IMG/VR virus record: IMGVR_UViG_3300030095_002591
Location: 1 to 25,325 of that record
Direction: 5' to 3' (one strand)
From: a virus
Lineage: Duplodnaviria; Caudoviricetes
DNA: 25,325 nt
The notes under the pieces are model-generated. The model did not search any database and was not told where the DNA came from. It saw only the letters and a program-made list of their open reading frames with translations. Shown piece after piece: positions 16,924-25,325 of the stretch (its first letter is position 1; each line of letters starts with the position of its first letter). The translations under genes and the position numbers were made by a program.

Positions 16924-18444
16924 CTATTGAATACCAAATAATCTTTTTATTCTAGTAACAGTATCATCAGTTGGTTGTGAACTTGGGGTAGTAGCATCTG
17001 TAGGACGCATACTTTGTACAGCATCTCGTATTATATCCTTCGCTGACCGATGATATTGTTTAAGCTTTTTACCAGCATACTTTTCGTGATCAGGATTAAA
17101 TAAATCCATAATATCTAAATTCTCATCTGCTTCAGCCTCTTCCATCAATCTTCTAAGATGTGCTTCAGCCTCCATATACAATTCTGCACCTTTAGGATCT
17201 TTAATACCTAACATTGGATTACCTTTTACTATAGCTTGTTTTTGAGCAGCTAGAAATAGCTTTTTTTGCATATTTAAAGGCTCTTTTAATTGTTTTAATA
17301 AGCTATTGTACATTGCTAAACTTATACCACCATCATTTAAACTATTTAATATGGATTCTTCTTGTAAAAATATATTTTCTCCATAAGTCTCTGGGTCACT
17401 TTTAATAAAGTCTATTTGCTCTTGTAGGTCTGTATACGCTACTAATTTTTCTTCCGTTGTAGTAGAAGTAGGCTTATTTAATGTATTTAAATGTTGCTTT
17501 AAAGTAGCTAACGTTCGTCCATCAGGTCTATTTCCATCACTATCTTCATATGTCCTCATTTCTTCAATAGTTACAGGTACCATAGGATCTAATATTCTAT
17601 CCACCCAATAACTAGTTATTTCTCGTTGCTTATCACTGTGAGCTAATCTAGCAGCAGCTTCATTAGACCTTCTTTCAGATTGATACTGACGTATAGTTGT
17701 ATTAGCGTATTTGGTTAAAGATTGTTTATTTTTAGCATCAATTATACCTTTAAAATACTCATCCCTAGTTGGATTATTCAATTCTTTAAGCATTTGTTGA
17801 GCTTGCACTTCACCAACATCTATTTGACCACGTATAGCATCATAACCTAATTCAAACAATTGTTTTTGCATCATCTCTTGTTTTAATATAGGGGGTAAAT
17901 TTAAAGCGTTTATACGAGCTTTTGCAGCTTGCATAGTTAATTCTAAATTATTATAGTTATTATATACTGTTGACTTGTCATTTTGGTGAGCCTCATCATT
18001 AGATAACAATAAGCGTTTATCTCTAAATACACTATCTTGGTTAATTTCTCTAGCTCTAAATGTACCCATCATAGTACGCAAACCCATACCAACTTTATCT
18101 GCAGCTAATTGACTAGGAGCATTAGTTTGCGCTAAGGCTATTTCATCTAACATTTCTTGGTGTATCACTGGAGCAATATCACCATCAGTAGTGCGTCTTA
18201 AAATATTAGCACGTTCAGTCATTTTAGCTCTAGTTGAAGATAATAATTTATTAGAATATATTTGAGCTTCTTGAGCTATTTTAGTTTTAGTCTCTTTTAT
18301 TGCCCAATCACTTATATTTAAACCACCTTGAGCCATTTGTCTAGCTTCTAAACTACCAAATGCTGCAGGTGTTGCACGAGGCATAGCCATGCCCTGAGGT
18401 CCTGGAATAGTAGCTACTCGTCTATATGTAGGTATTCTAGCCAT
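16924..18444 (-). CDS. Internal virion (ejection) protein, T7 gp15-position analogue
   Basis: MARIPTY start, helical-looking composition, located between the small and large ejection genes. Confidence 0.65.
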   Translation of the reverse strand: MARIPTYRRVATIPGPQGMAMPRATPAAFGSLEARQMAQGGLNISDWAIKETKTKIAQEAQIYSNKLLSSTRAKMTERANILRRTTDGDIAPVIHQEMLDEIALAQTNAPSQLAADKVGMGLRTMMGTFRAREINQDSVFRDKRLLLSNDEAHQNDKSTVYNNYNNLELTMQAAKARINALNLPPILKQEMMQKQLFELGYDAIRGQIDVGEVQAQQMLKELNNPTRDEYFKGIIDAKNKQSLTKYANTTIRQYQSERRSNEAAARLAHSDKQREITSYWVDRILDPMVPVTIEEMRTYEDSDGNRPDGRTLATLKQHLNTLNKPTSTTTEEKLVAYTDLQEQIDFIKSDPETYGENIFLQEESILNSLNDGGISLAMYNSLLKQLKEPLNMQKKLFLAAQKQAIVKGNPMLGIKDPKGAELYMEAEAHLRRLMEEAEADENLDIMDLFNPDHEKYAGKKLKQYHRSAKDIIRDAVQSMRPTDATTPSSQPTDDTVTRIKRLFGIQ

Positions 18445-18448
18445 TATA

Positions 18449-18934
18449 TCACCTTATTTTAATTCCTCTACTTGCTACATCATATGCGCTAGCTGTCTGA
18501 CCGACACCTGTTAATAAAGTAGTGCCTGCACCCATAGTTCCAGCTCTAGCTGCTGATGCACCTTCCATCTCAGATAACCCAGCTTGTGCCTCGAAACCTG
18601 TGGCTTGCGTATCCCCACCATATATTATAGCTTGCGCATCTAGTTCTGCTTGCTCAGCTGAAGACTCTAAAAATAATAATGGTGTGCCTTCTAAAGCTAC
18701 ACCCCCTTTAGCAAACCCTGTTCTAGCTGCAGCACGTTGAGCTGCACCTTGTTGTCTCTGTTTATCAGCATCAAATTCAGCTTTTTGCTTAGCAGCTATA
18801 GCCTGATTTCTTTGAACTGCAGCATTATAATTCGCGGAAGCTTGAGTTGCTTTGCCTTGTTGTCTCGTTCCTAATGCACTTAAAAGTGTACCACCTATTG
18901 AAAATGCTGCAGCTACCTCTGGTCCAAAACACAT
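18449..18934 (-). CDS. Internal virion (ejection) protein, T7 gp14-like
   Basis: MC start, Ala/Gly/Gln-rich, GGVALEGTPL motif, directly after tail tubular B. Confidence 0.75.
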   Translation of the reverse strand: MCFGPEVAAAFSIGGTLLSALGTRQQGKATQASANYNAAVQRNQAIAAKQKAEFDADKQRQQGAAQRAAARTGFAKGGVALEGTPLLFLESSAEQAELDAQAIIYGGDTQATGFEAQAGLSEMEGASAARAGTMGAGTTLLTGVGQTASAYDVASRGIKIR

Positions 18935-18942
18935 AATATCAC

Positions 18943-21675
18943 CTAATTGTTAGTGTTAATCCTAGTAATTAATGAAATAATATTTTGTGGTAATGGTTGT
19001 GTTTGTTGTATTTCAATATTACCACTAGTTTCATACCCATGCGGGTATGGTAATCTTTTATCGCCTGTAAATAACGTAGGTGAAGAATCCATTGGATCTG
19101 AACTATCTCTAAACGGCACTATGTCAAGTGTTTGTCCTTCTGAACCAGCCGTCATTCCTAATGACCTATATAGTCTTACTGTTAATTCATTAATACGTTT
19201 AGTTTTAGATTGTGCAGTACCATCAGCACTACCTGCTTCTAAATTTAAAGTAACTAATTTAGAAGTATATGGTAATCCTACATGTACTATACTAGCTTTA
19301 GTTGATAAAGTGATAGCTCCACTAGCTACCGTCTTATCTGGTTGTACAGCACCATCCCCTAATATACTTACTACTTGTCCTTCTAAATGATCTAGCCCAG
19401 TAATAGAAGTAGTTTCTAATCTAGCATTACCACCTGATATATATGCAGTATGACTAGTACCATCTTCTGCATGGCGTATGCTACCACCAGAAGTATATGT
19501 ACCATACCCACTACTATCAATTCCAGATAATTCAAAAGTATTAGTAGTTTTATTAGCTACGGTAAACACTAACCCATTTACTTGAGTCATTCCAGCAACA
19601 CCTGATATATATATTTTTTCACTATCAGTAAGACCATGAGATGTAGCAGTTACTACTGCCGGATTTGCTTTTGTAATTGCTGTAATACTAGCTGATATTG
19701 CATTTTGATCTGGAACTAAAGAAAAACTGTTAGTACCTTTACTTGCTACTATAAAACTACGATTATTAAGCTCAACCATGCCTTTTATATCACGAATTTT
19801 TACACTATCCTCATTACTTAGACCATGAGAGCTAGCCGTAACTACTACTGGATCAGCAGCTGTTGTTGCTGTAATAGTAATAGGGGTATTAAGTGATAAC
19901 CCACTATCTATAAAAAAAGCTTGTTCTCTAGTTTGAGTAAGTTCTAAACCGGTTGTAATTCTTTCAACATACCTTCTATCAGCCCCATTTACATATCGTT
20001 TTACAGCAATATACACTTCGTCAATACCTGCCCCATCGTCTGCAGTTGCTGGTATAATCGCTACTGATTCTACCATAGCTTGAGTGCTTGCCGTGTCTGA
20101 TGCTCCGCCTAAAATGTGCCGATGCCAAGCAATTACTTCTTGATCTCTTTGATATGTCATACCTAATAAAGTACCATCAGTAACTACGCACCAAAGTACT
20201 GAATCTGGCTCTTGTTGATAATCATACTCAACTATACCTGTTTTAGTAATATGCTCAGCTAAAAGCGTTAAATCTGGAGCAACGTAAGTATCTGACTCAA
20301 ATTTATACACAAATTCACGAATTTTACGTTTTGCTCTTTGTAAAAATAACACTACATTAGAAACTCGTAAAGCACCTACTAAAGCACCACCAAACGTAGT
20401 ATGTCTAACTACACGAACGTTAGAAGGTGTAAGAGCTTCATCTTCTGAAGAAGCTGAAACAATAAATTCACCGCCAGCAGTTCCTGCTATTAAAACAGGG
20501 CCAGAATTTAACCACTGAATAGCATTTACTTGGTCCGTAGCTATAGTATACACCATTGCATCATCAGCAGCAGTTCCTGCTAAATGATTAGTATAATCTC
20601 CAGAAACACTAAAAGCCATTAATTGAGGATACTCAGGCGGACCTGCCCATACTAAACGTTGTTCATAAAAAGCTACCGTTTGTGGGAAATTATCAGTATA
20701 AAAATACCCTAATGCCCAACTAGTTACAGATGAAGTATCAGCAAAATCCGTTTGTGTAGTACATGCGACTACAGTAGTACTAGTAATAGAGTTTATTTTA
20801 GCATGAGAAGTAGTAGATCCTTGTTTTATTTGAATAATTCTATCTACATCGCTTGCTATAAATCCAGACCCCCCATTAATACCGGTAGTAGCTGAAGCAG
20901 TAATATTTACTGAACCAGAAGTTCCAGAAGGTGTAAGTGTGGTAGCAGTGGTATTAGCCGTTAACATCGGACCAGCAAGCAATTCATACTCAGCAAGAGT
21001 CCAAGACGTATGACCTGTTCTTGATAAAGTTCTAGGCTCATGATTTTTATGAGCAATATACATAATATCTGCTGATTGAGTAAATTGTAATTCAAATAAC
21101 TCAGCTTCAAGATATGGAGATGTAATTGTATAAATTCTAGCAGCCGTTCCTCCTGATGAATATGCCGTAAATCCTGAGCTATTTACGTCTACACTTAACA
21201 TATCTTGTAATTCAAAAGTATTAGTGGTTTTATCAGCTACTTTATAATGTTTTCCATTTAATTCCGTCATACCTACAACAGAATCAATATATACTTCATC
21301 ACCATTGCTATACCCATGCGAACTAGCTGTTATAACACAAGGATTTGCAGCAGTAGCACCACTAATAGTTTTATTAGCCTCGTGTATTTGACCTTGATCT
21401 TTATAAAAACGTATATATTGATTACCAAATTCTAGTATATACGCTTGCGTTACTGAAAATTCAAAACTTATTAATCTTACTTTGGTTGTATTAGTTTTTA
21501 CTTCGGCTATAAACTTTGAGCCACCTCTTCTTACTACTCCACCCTGTGGATTTACAGTCATATTTTCTAAAGTTTTACACCCATTAGCATATTTACCTAC
21601 ATCGATTCTAGAATGTAACCTTGGAGATATTTCTCCAGCAGTGAAATTAGTTTGGATATATGTTGCCTTAGTCAT
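18943..21675 (-). CDS. Tail tubular protein B / nozzle (T7 gp12-like) with three inserted beta-domains
   Basis: QTNFTAGEISP...R-x-D...N...PQGG-x-x-RR-x-G N-terminus; FYEQRL; AWHRH; three copies of A-x-P-x-V-x-T-x-x-SHG...GM-x-(E/Q)-x-N. Confidence 0.88.
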   Translation of the reverse strand: MTKATYIQTNFTAGEISPRLHSRIDVGKYANGCKTLENMTVNPQGGVVRRGGSKFIAEVKTNTTKVRLISFEFSVTQAYILEFGNQYIRFYKDQGQIHEANKTISGATAANPCVITASSHGYSNGDEVYIDSVVGMTELNGKHYKVADKTTNTFELQDMLSVDVNSSGFTAYSSGGTAARIYTITSPYLEAELFELQFTQSADIMYIAHKNHEPRTLSRTGHTSWTLAEYELLAGPMLTANTTATTLTPSGTSGSVNITASATTGINGGSGFIASDVDRIIQIKQGSTTSHAKINSITSTTVVACTTQTDFADTSSVTSWALGYFYTDNFPQTVAFYEQRLVWAGPPEYPQLMAFSVSGDYTNHLAGTAADDAMVYTIATDQVNAIQWLNSGPVLIAGTAGGEFIVSASSEDEALTPSNVRVVRHTTFGGALVGALRVSNVVLFLQRAKRKIREFVYKFESDTYVAPDLTLLAEHITKTGIVEYDYQQEPDSVLWCVVTDGTLLGMTYQRDQEVIAWHRHILGGASDTASTQAMVESVAIIPATADDGAGIDEVYIAVKRYVNGADRRYVERITTGLELTQTREQAFFIDSGLSLNTPITITATTAADPVVVTASSHGLSNEDSVKIRDIKGMVELNNRSFIVASKGTNSFSLVPDQNAISASITAITKANPAVVTATSHGLTDSEKIYISGVAGMTQVNGLVFTVANKTTNTFELSGIDSSGYGTYTSGGSIRHAEDGTSHTAYISGGNARLETTSITGLDHLEGQVVSILGDGAVQPDKTVASGAITLSTKASIVHVGLPYTSKLVTLNLEAGSADGTAQSKTKRINELTVRLYRSLGMTAGSEGQTLDIVPFRDSSDPMDSSPTLFTGDKRLPYPHGYETSGNIEIQQTQPLPQNIISLITRINTNN

Positions 21676-22265
21676 GCCGTATTAGTCGCAGTTGCTGTTA
21701 TTAATCCTACTCTAGCATTTAACCATGAATCAGCCTCTATATTGTCTGGAGTACCTTCTACTGCATCCATAGATCGAGCTTCTGCAATTTTGCTAGCATA
21801 TAAATCAATCATAAGTTTGGACATATTAATACTATCAGCAAGTGGTATTGCTAATTCAGCAGCTAATCTAGATGCTAACGCTTCAGTAAACAAACTATCA
21901 AATAAAGTTGGGTCCGTTACTTGTGATAGATACCGTACTTTAACTGAATCACTATCAGCTAATAAAAAACCATTTTCAATTTTAAATTCAGCAGTGCTAG
22001 TTAAGTTAGTCTCTAAAATCCTTAAACTATCTGTAGGTATAGCAAATTGGTAAGCAAAATCATAAGAAGGCGTAACAGTGCTTAAAGCTAATTCTACTCT
22101 TTTAATAGCAAAATTCCAAATATGAGAACGTATTACAGCATCCCTAGTAGGTGCATAGTGTAAATTACATAACCTTGCAGCCTTACTATTTTCTGTAAGG
22201 CTGATAATTTGTTCTTCACCAATTTTTGTTAAAGCTAGGTTGCAAACTTGTACTTCTGAAGCCAT
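21672..22265 (-). CDS. Tail tubular protein A / adaptor (T7 gp11-like)
   Basis: VCNLALTKIGE, HIWNFAIKR, P-x-D-x-LR and F-x-EALASRLA; ATGA overlap with tubular B. Confidence 0.85.
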   Translation of the reverse strand: MASEVQVCNLALTKIGEEQIISLTENSKAARLCNLHYAPTRDAVIRSHIWNFAIKRVELALSTVTPSYDFAYQFAIPTDSLRILETNLTSTAEFKIENGFLLADSDSVKVRYLSQVTDPTLFDSLFTEALASRLAAELAIPLADSINMSKLMIDLYASKIAEARSMDAVEGTPDNIEADSWLNARVGLITATATNTA

Positions 22266-22276
22266 TATTAATCTCC

Positions 22277-22308
22277 AAATAAGAAATAGGGGGGTATTAT
22301 CCCCCCTA
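22277..22308 (-). terminator. Rho-independent terminator after the capsid and decoration genes
   Basis: Minus strand reads TAGGGGGG-ATAATA-CCCCCCTA followed by TTTCTTATTT; position equivalent to T7 T-phi. Confidence 0.85.
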
Positions 22309-22315
22309 AATCTAG

Positions 22316-22819
22316 TTAGTCAACAACGTAGGTAATTAACCAAGAAATATCTCCAGCCGTGTCACCAGCAGCTTGAGATTCAATTCCTATAAGGTAATGC
22401 CCTCCAGGATCAGTACTATCTCCTGCATCTTCATAGACCTTTTGGCCCATCAAGTTAATATTGCGAGCTTCAAAAGCTAGCTCTGTACCAGTAGTTACTG
22501 CAGCCCTCATGTCAGTTGTAGCACTTGCATAACAATCAACGTCTTTTGCAGTTACGTTGCCATCAGCAGTGTATAAACCTACATGAAGAGTATGCGTTGA
22601 GCCAGAATCAAGATCATCATTAAAAATCTTAATACTAACTACTGCAGCATTAGTAGGAACCATGCATAACATGATTGTATCACCTGCACTTAAATCTCCA
22701 GCAGCAGCAGCAATTGTGCCACATGCAACACGCATCCTACCGTGAACATTTTGAGCATCGTTCATAACAGGCGGTTCTGCTAGAAAATTAGTGACTTGGG
22801 TACTATTAACGTTCGCCAT
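22316..22819 (-). CDS. Putative capsid decoration/cement protein (Bbp16 position)
   Basis: Beta-rich 167-aa protein directly after the major capsid gene, with strong RBS GAGGAG, upstream of the terminator. Confidence 0.65.
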   Translation of the reverse strand: MANVNSTQVTNFLAEPPVMNDAQNVHGRMRVACGTIAAAAGDLSAGDTIMLCMVPTNAAVVSIKIFNDDLDSGSTHTLHVGLYTADGNVTAKDVDCYASATTDMRAAVTTGTELAFEARNINLMGQKVYEDAGDSTDPGGHYLIGIESQAAGDTAGDISWLITYVVD

Positions 22820-22832
22820 TATTTATCTCCTC

Positions 22833-23714
22833 TTAAGTTGGATCACATTCAATATAGCCCACTAACTCTTCTTGCATTCGGGTAGACCCAATTGCCATAG
22901 AGTAGAAGACTTGCGTAGCGTAGTTCTTATCGTCACGCTCTGAAATTTTAGCCATAGGATCTTGACCAACACCTAAAAGGATACCTTTCTTTTGAAAAAA
23001 TAGCACTTTATGATCAGAATTAGAATCTACACCTATTAACTCAGTACGGAGAAACCTAAATCCTAAAAAGGTGTCAACTTCACCGTTAACAAGAGCCTTA
23101 ATAGAATTAAAGTCGGATGATGTAACTTCAGTTTGACCTAACAAATTTTGAAGTTGCTTTGCATTTAAAACACAAAATCGCTCATCATCATCTGCTTCGT
23201 TAGCATCAAGAACTTGTTTTGCAGCTCTTAATTTGCCAACATTAAGGCCAGTGTCAGCAGCAGGTGAAATACCTACTTGAACATCAACCGTATTGCCAGC
23301 AGTGTACGAAGTACTAGTAGACCCATCTACTCCTGTAAAAGCTGTGCCATCAGCAGCAGCAATTATAGCTTCGTCCATAGCTCTACCCATAGCATTTGCT
23401 GCAGCTTGAGAATATGGAGAAGTTGGATCAATAAGCATCCGTACTCTATCTTCGTTATCAATTAAATCGGCCCAATCATAGTCCGTTAAAGAAACCCTAC
23501 GTCTTGCGTGTGGGGTATCCATTCTTGGAGTATCGGCATGTCTTGACGTTCTTTGTCTAGCAGCCGTTTTTCCGATTTGCTCAAAGAATGCATTTTTACC
23601 TACTACAGTTTCAACTGTAACCGCACTACGTAAACGTGACCCTTTTTGTTGTGCAAGATGTTGCACGTTTGCAGAATATTGCTCTACAAAAGCAGTAGTA
23701 ATTTGTGTGCTCAT
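22833..23714 (-). CDS. Major capsid protein
   Basis: FVEQYSANV-x-x-LAQQKGSRLR, D-x-x-RMLIDPTS-x-Y, AMGRAMD, ALVNGEVDTFLGFRF and GSTRMQEE, typical of this podovirus capsid family; follows the scaffold gene. Confidence 0.92.
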   Translation of the reverse strand: MSTQITTAFVEQYSANVQHLAQQKGSRLRSAVTVETVVGKNAFFEQIGKTAARQRTSRHADTPRMDTPHARRRVSLTDYDWADLIDNEDRVRMLIDPTSPYSQAAANAMGRAMDEAIIAAADGTAFTGVDGSTSTSYTAGNTVDVQVGISPAADTGLNVGKLRAAKQVLDANEADDDERFCVLNAKQLQNLLGQTEVTSSDFNSIKALVNGEVDTFLGFRFLRTELIGVDSNSDHKVLFFQKKGILLGVGQDPMAKISERDDKNYATQVFYSMAIGSTRMQEELVGYIECDPT

Positions 23715-23842
23715 TGCGCACCCCTTTCAAAAGTTAATTTCAAAAACCTATCTAAAGGGTATCGAAATAATCGGCCTTTTTGATTGGCGATACGCTACAT
23801 AGGCGTTTAAAAAAACGGTATCTACAGTAACGCCTTAATTAC

Positions 23843-23871
23843 ATTATACACTATGAAAGTCTATTTGTCAA
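23843..23871 (-). promoter_or_regulatory. Perfect-consensus sigma70 promoter upstream of the major capsid gene
   Basis: Minus strand reads TTGACA-AATAGACTTTCATAGTG (17 nt)-TATAAT. Confidence 0.9.
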
Positions 23872-24707
23872 GATAGTGGCTCTGGATGTTTACGAGACAT
23901 TAAATCTTGAACTTTTTTAACTAATGCAGGCCTTTCTAGACTATTTTCATTCCAATAGTCAGGATTAGCCATAATAGACTTTATTTCAGTATCTAATTGT
24001 TCTGGAGTAGAAGACCCATCATTACCAGCCTCTAATTTGCCCTCTCCAATCATACCTTCACTAATTTTATGAAATATTTTTATCATTGAAGGATGATCAC
24101 CTAAACCAGTAGACTCTAAATACTCTACAAATTCTTCATCAGCAAATTCAGATAAAGCAAATTGTGAAGATTGTAAATTTTTGTCATATGCTTCACCCCA
24201 ATCAGATTTTAAAGCATTAAATCCCTCTTTTTGATTTTGAGCTGTTATCTCTTCTGCTTGTTTAGCCGTATCTGCGTTACCTTGCATATACCATTCATGT
24301 AATTCAGACGCTTGAGTAGACGATAAACCAATCTTATGGGATACTTCTCGAAATGATTGTTCTCTATGAGACACATATTCTTGCAAATTATCGGGTACTT
24401 CAAATGACTTAAATTGATATTCTTCGTTAGTTGCAGGCCGACCTAATTTATTATAAAACTCAGCCCTTTCATCCTCGTTATCGGGTACTTTTAATTCAGG
24501 CTCTTTGCCCAACATTGACACAGCATTTAAATGTCCTTTTGCAAAACTTTCCATAGAAGTATACTTTGCAAAGTTAGGGTTAGACCTTAAATCCTCTGGT
24601 AAAGAAGACTTCCAATCACTTTCTGTGGGTGCTTCTTCAACTGTGGGTGTTGTTGTAGGTGGTGGTGTTGTAGGTGCTTCTTCAACTGCTTGAACTTCTT
24701 CACTCAT
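23868..24707 (-). CDS. Capsid scaffolding/assembly protein
   Basis: Acidic, Pro/Thr-rich N-terminus; W-x-x-SLPEDLR, KLGRP, LK-x-x-WG-x-x-YD and GLGDHP; directly upstream of the capsid gene. Confidence 0.8.
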   Translation of the reverse strand: MSEEVQAVEEAPTTPPPTTTPTVEEAPTESDWKSSLPEDLRSNPNFAKYTSMESFAKGHLNAVSMLGKEPELKVPDNEDERAEFYNKLGRPATNEEYQFKSFEVPDNLQEYVSHREQSFREVSHKIGLSSTQASELHEWYMQGNADTAKQAEEITAQNQKEGFNALKSDWGEAYDKNLQSSQFALSEFADEEFVEYLESTGLGDHPSMIKIFHKISEGMIGEGKLEAGNDGSSTPEQLDTEIKSIMANPDYWNENSLERPALVKKVQDLMSRKHPEPLS

Positions 24708-24951
24708 CTTGTATCTCCTGTGCTATTTGCACGAAATCTTCTGGTTTAAATTGTAAAATTGACAGGATGCGGAGTGCTTCATTTCGTGCTCCTTCATTAA
24801 ATGCCGTATAATACGGATCACCATTGAAAGTCGGCTCAAGAACATGAGTATTTTTAAGGATATCGTAAAGCACACGTTTTCCTTCGGGCGAGTTAAAAGC
24901 AATACTATAATCTGTTTTTAACTGCTTAACTTTATTGAGGGGTAAAGGCAC
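24700..24951 (-). CDS. Bbp19-like small protein between portal and scaffold
   Basis: DY-x-x-x-F-x-SPEGKRVL-x-D...DPY-x-TAFNEG-x-R pattern. Start placed at GTG 24951 after GGAG; the longer track ORF overlaps the portal gene extensively. Confidence 0.75.
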   Translation of the reverse strand: MPLPLNKVKQLKTDYSIAFNSPEGKRVLYDILKNTHVLEPTFNGDPYYTAFNEGARNEALRILSILQFKPEDFVQIAQEIQDE

Positions 24952-25324
24952 TAGAAGCTCCAGCCAGTTTTTGTATAGCCCCTGCCCCAGTATCAGCCAT
25001 ATCAGCCATTTCTGCCATCTGAGCCATCTGTTGTTGTTGTTGTTGCGCTTGAAGAATTGCTTGTACTTCTTCTTCAGATTTAAATAGCGAACTTGGTACT
25101 CCAAATAAATCTCCTAACCACCTCATAGTGTCTGGTCCATTTAATACATTAGCTGTAGAAGGATCAACTTGGAGTACTGGGCCACCAATTTCAAACACTC
25201 TCATTAAACCATTAGCCTCAACTTGCCTTTGTGCACGTGCTAAAGGTGATACGTACTCTACATTGTAATCAGCTTCTTGTAGCTCAGGTGGTGGAGTGGG
25301 CAGCTTACCTGACCTACCTAAAAT
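24932..25324 (-). CDS. Portal (head-tail connector), C-terminal part; 5' end outside window
   Basis: Frame is open to the window edge: LPTPPPELQ...VEYVSPLARAQ...GVPSSL, then a Gln/Met/Ala-rich tail. Confidence 0.88.
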   Translation of the reverse strand: MLGRSGKLPTPPPELQEADYNVEYVSPLARAQRQVEANGLMRVFEIGGPVLQVDPSTANVLNGPDTMRWLGDLFGVPSSLFKSEEEVQAILQAQQQQQQMAQMAEMADMADTGAGAIQKLAGASSAFTPQ

Positions 25325-25325
25325 A

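Noticed and set aside
22820-22860. T7 10A/10B-style capsid frameshift or read-through
   Set aside because: No slippery sequence is evident near the stop, and the next gene has its own strong RBS.
24628-24688. 16-bp direct repeat GGTGCTTCTTCAACTG
   Set aside because: It encodes a duplicated VEEAP in the low-complexity scaffold N-terminus.
25028-25046. (TGT)n microsatellite
   Set aside because: It encodes the poly-Gln tail typical of these portal proteins.
24952-25104. N-terminal extension of track ORF 24700..25104
   Set aside because: It is an alternative-frame reading of the portal C-terminus; GTG 24951 with an RBS is the better start.

Overview
The window is part of an AT-rich (roughly one third G+C by eye) tailed dsDNA phage genome with a podovirus-type (T7/BPP-1-like) virion module. 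No host genes, rRNA, tRNA, CRISPR array or IS element is visible. The + strand (1-6360) is a tightly coupled replication and nucleotide-metabolism operon: a truncated SSB-like gene, a family A DNA polymerase, a VRR-NUC nuclease, a DUF5664-type dATP/dGTP diphosphohydrolase, a PurZ (GSTGKG and NFxN signatures), a small unknown ORF, a DatZ-like HD dATPase and an SNF2 helicase. This is an apparently complete 2-aminoadenine (Z-genome) pathway. The polymerase has unusual active-site substitutions: Q and T at the E. coli F762/Y766 positions and HDS in motif C. The - strand (25325 to 6338) carries portal (partial), Bbp19-like, scaffold, major capsid, decoration, tail tubular A and B, three ejection proteins, a split tail-fibre cassette, small membrane proteins, a holin and a GH24 endolysin. 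The largest ejection protein is polyvalent, with an ADP-ribosyltransferase-like domain, an internal Tat-like motif and an LPD38-like C-terminus. The two arms converge with overlapping 3' ends near 6350. All family calls come from motif recognition by eye; no searches were run.
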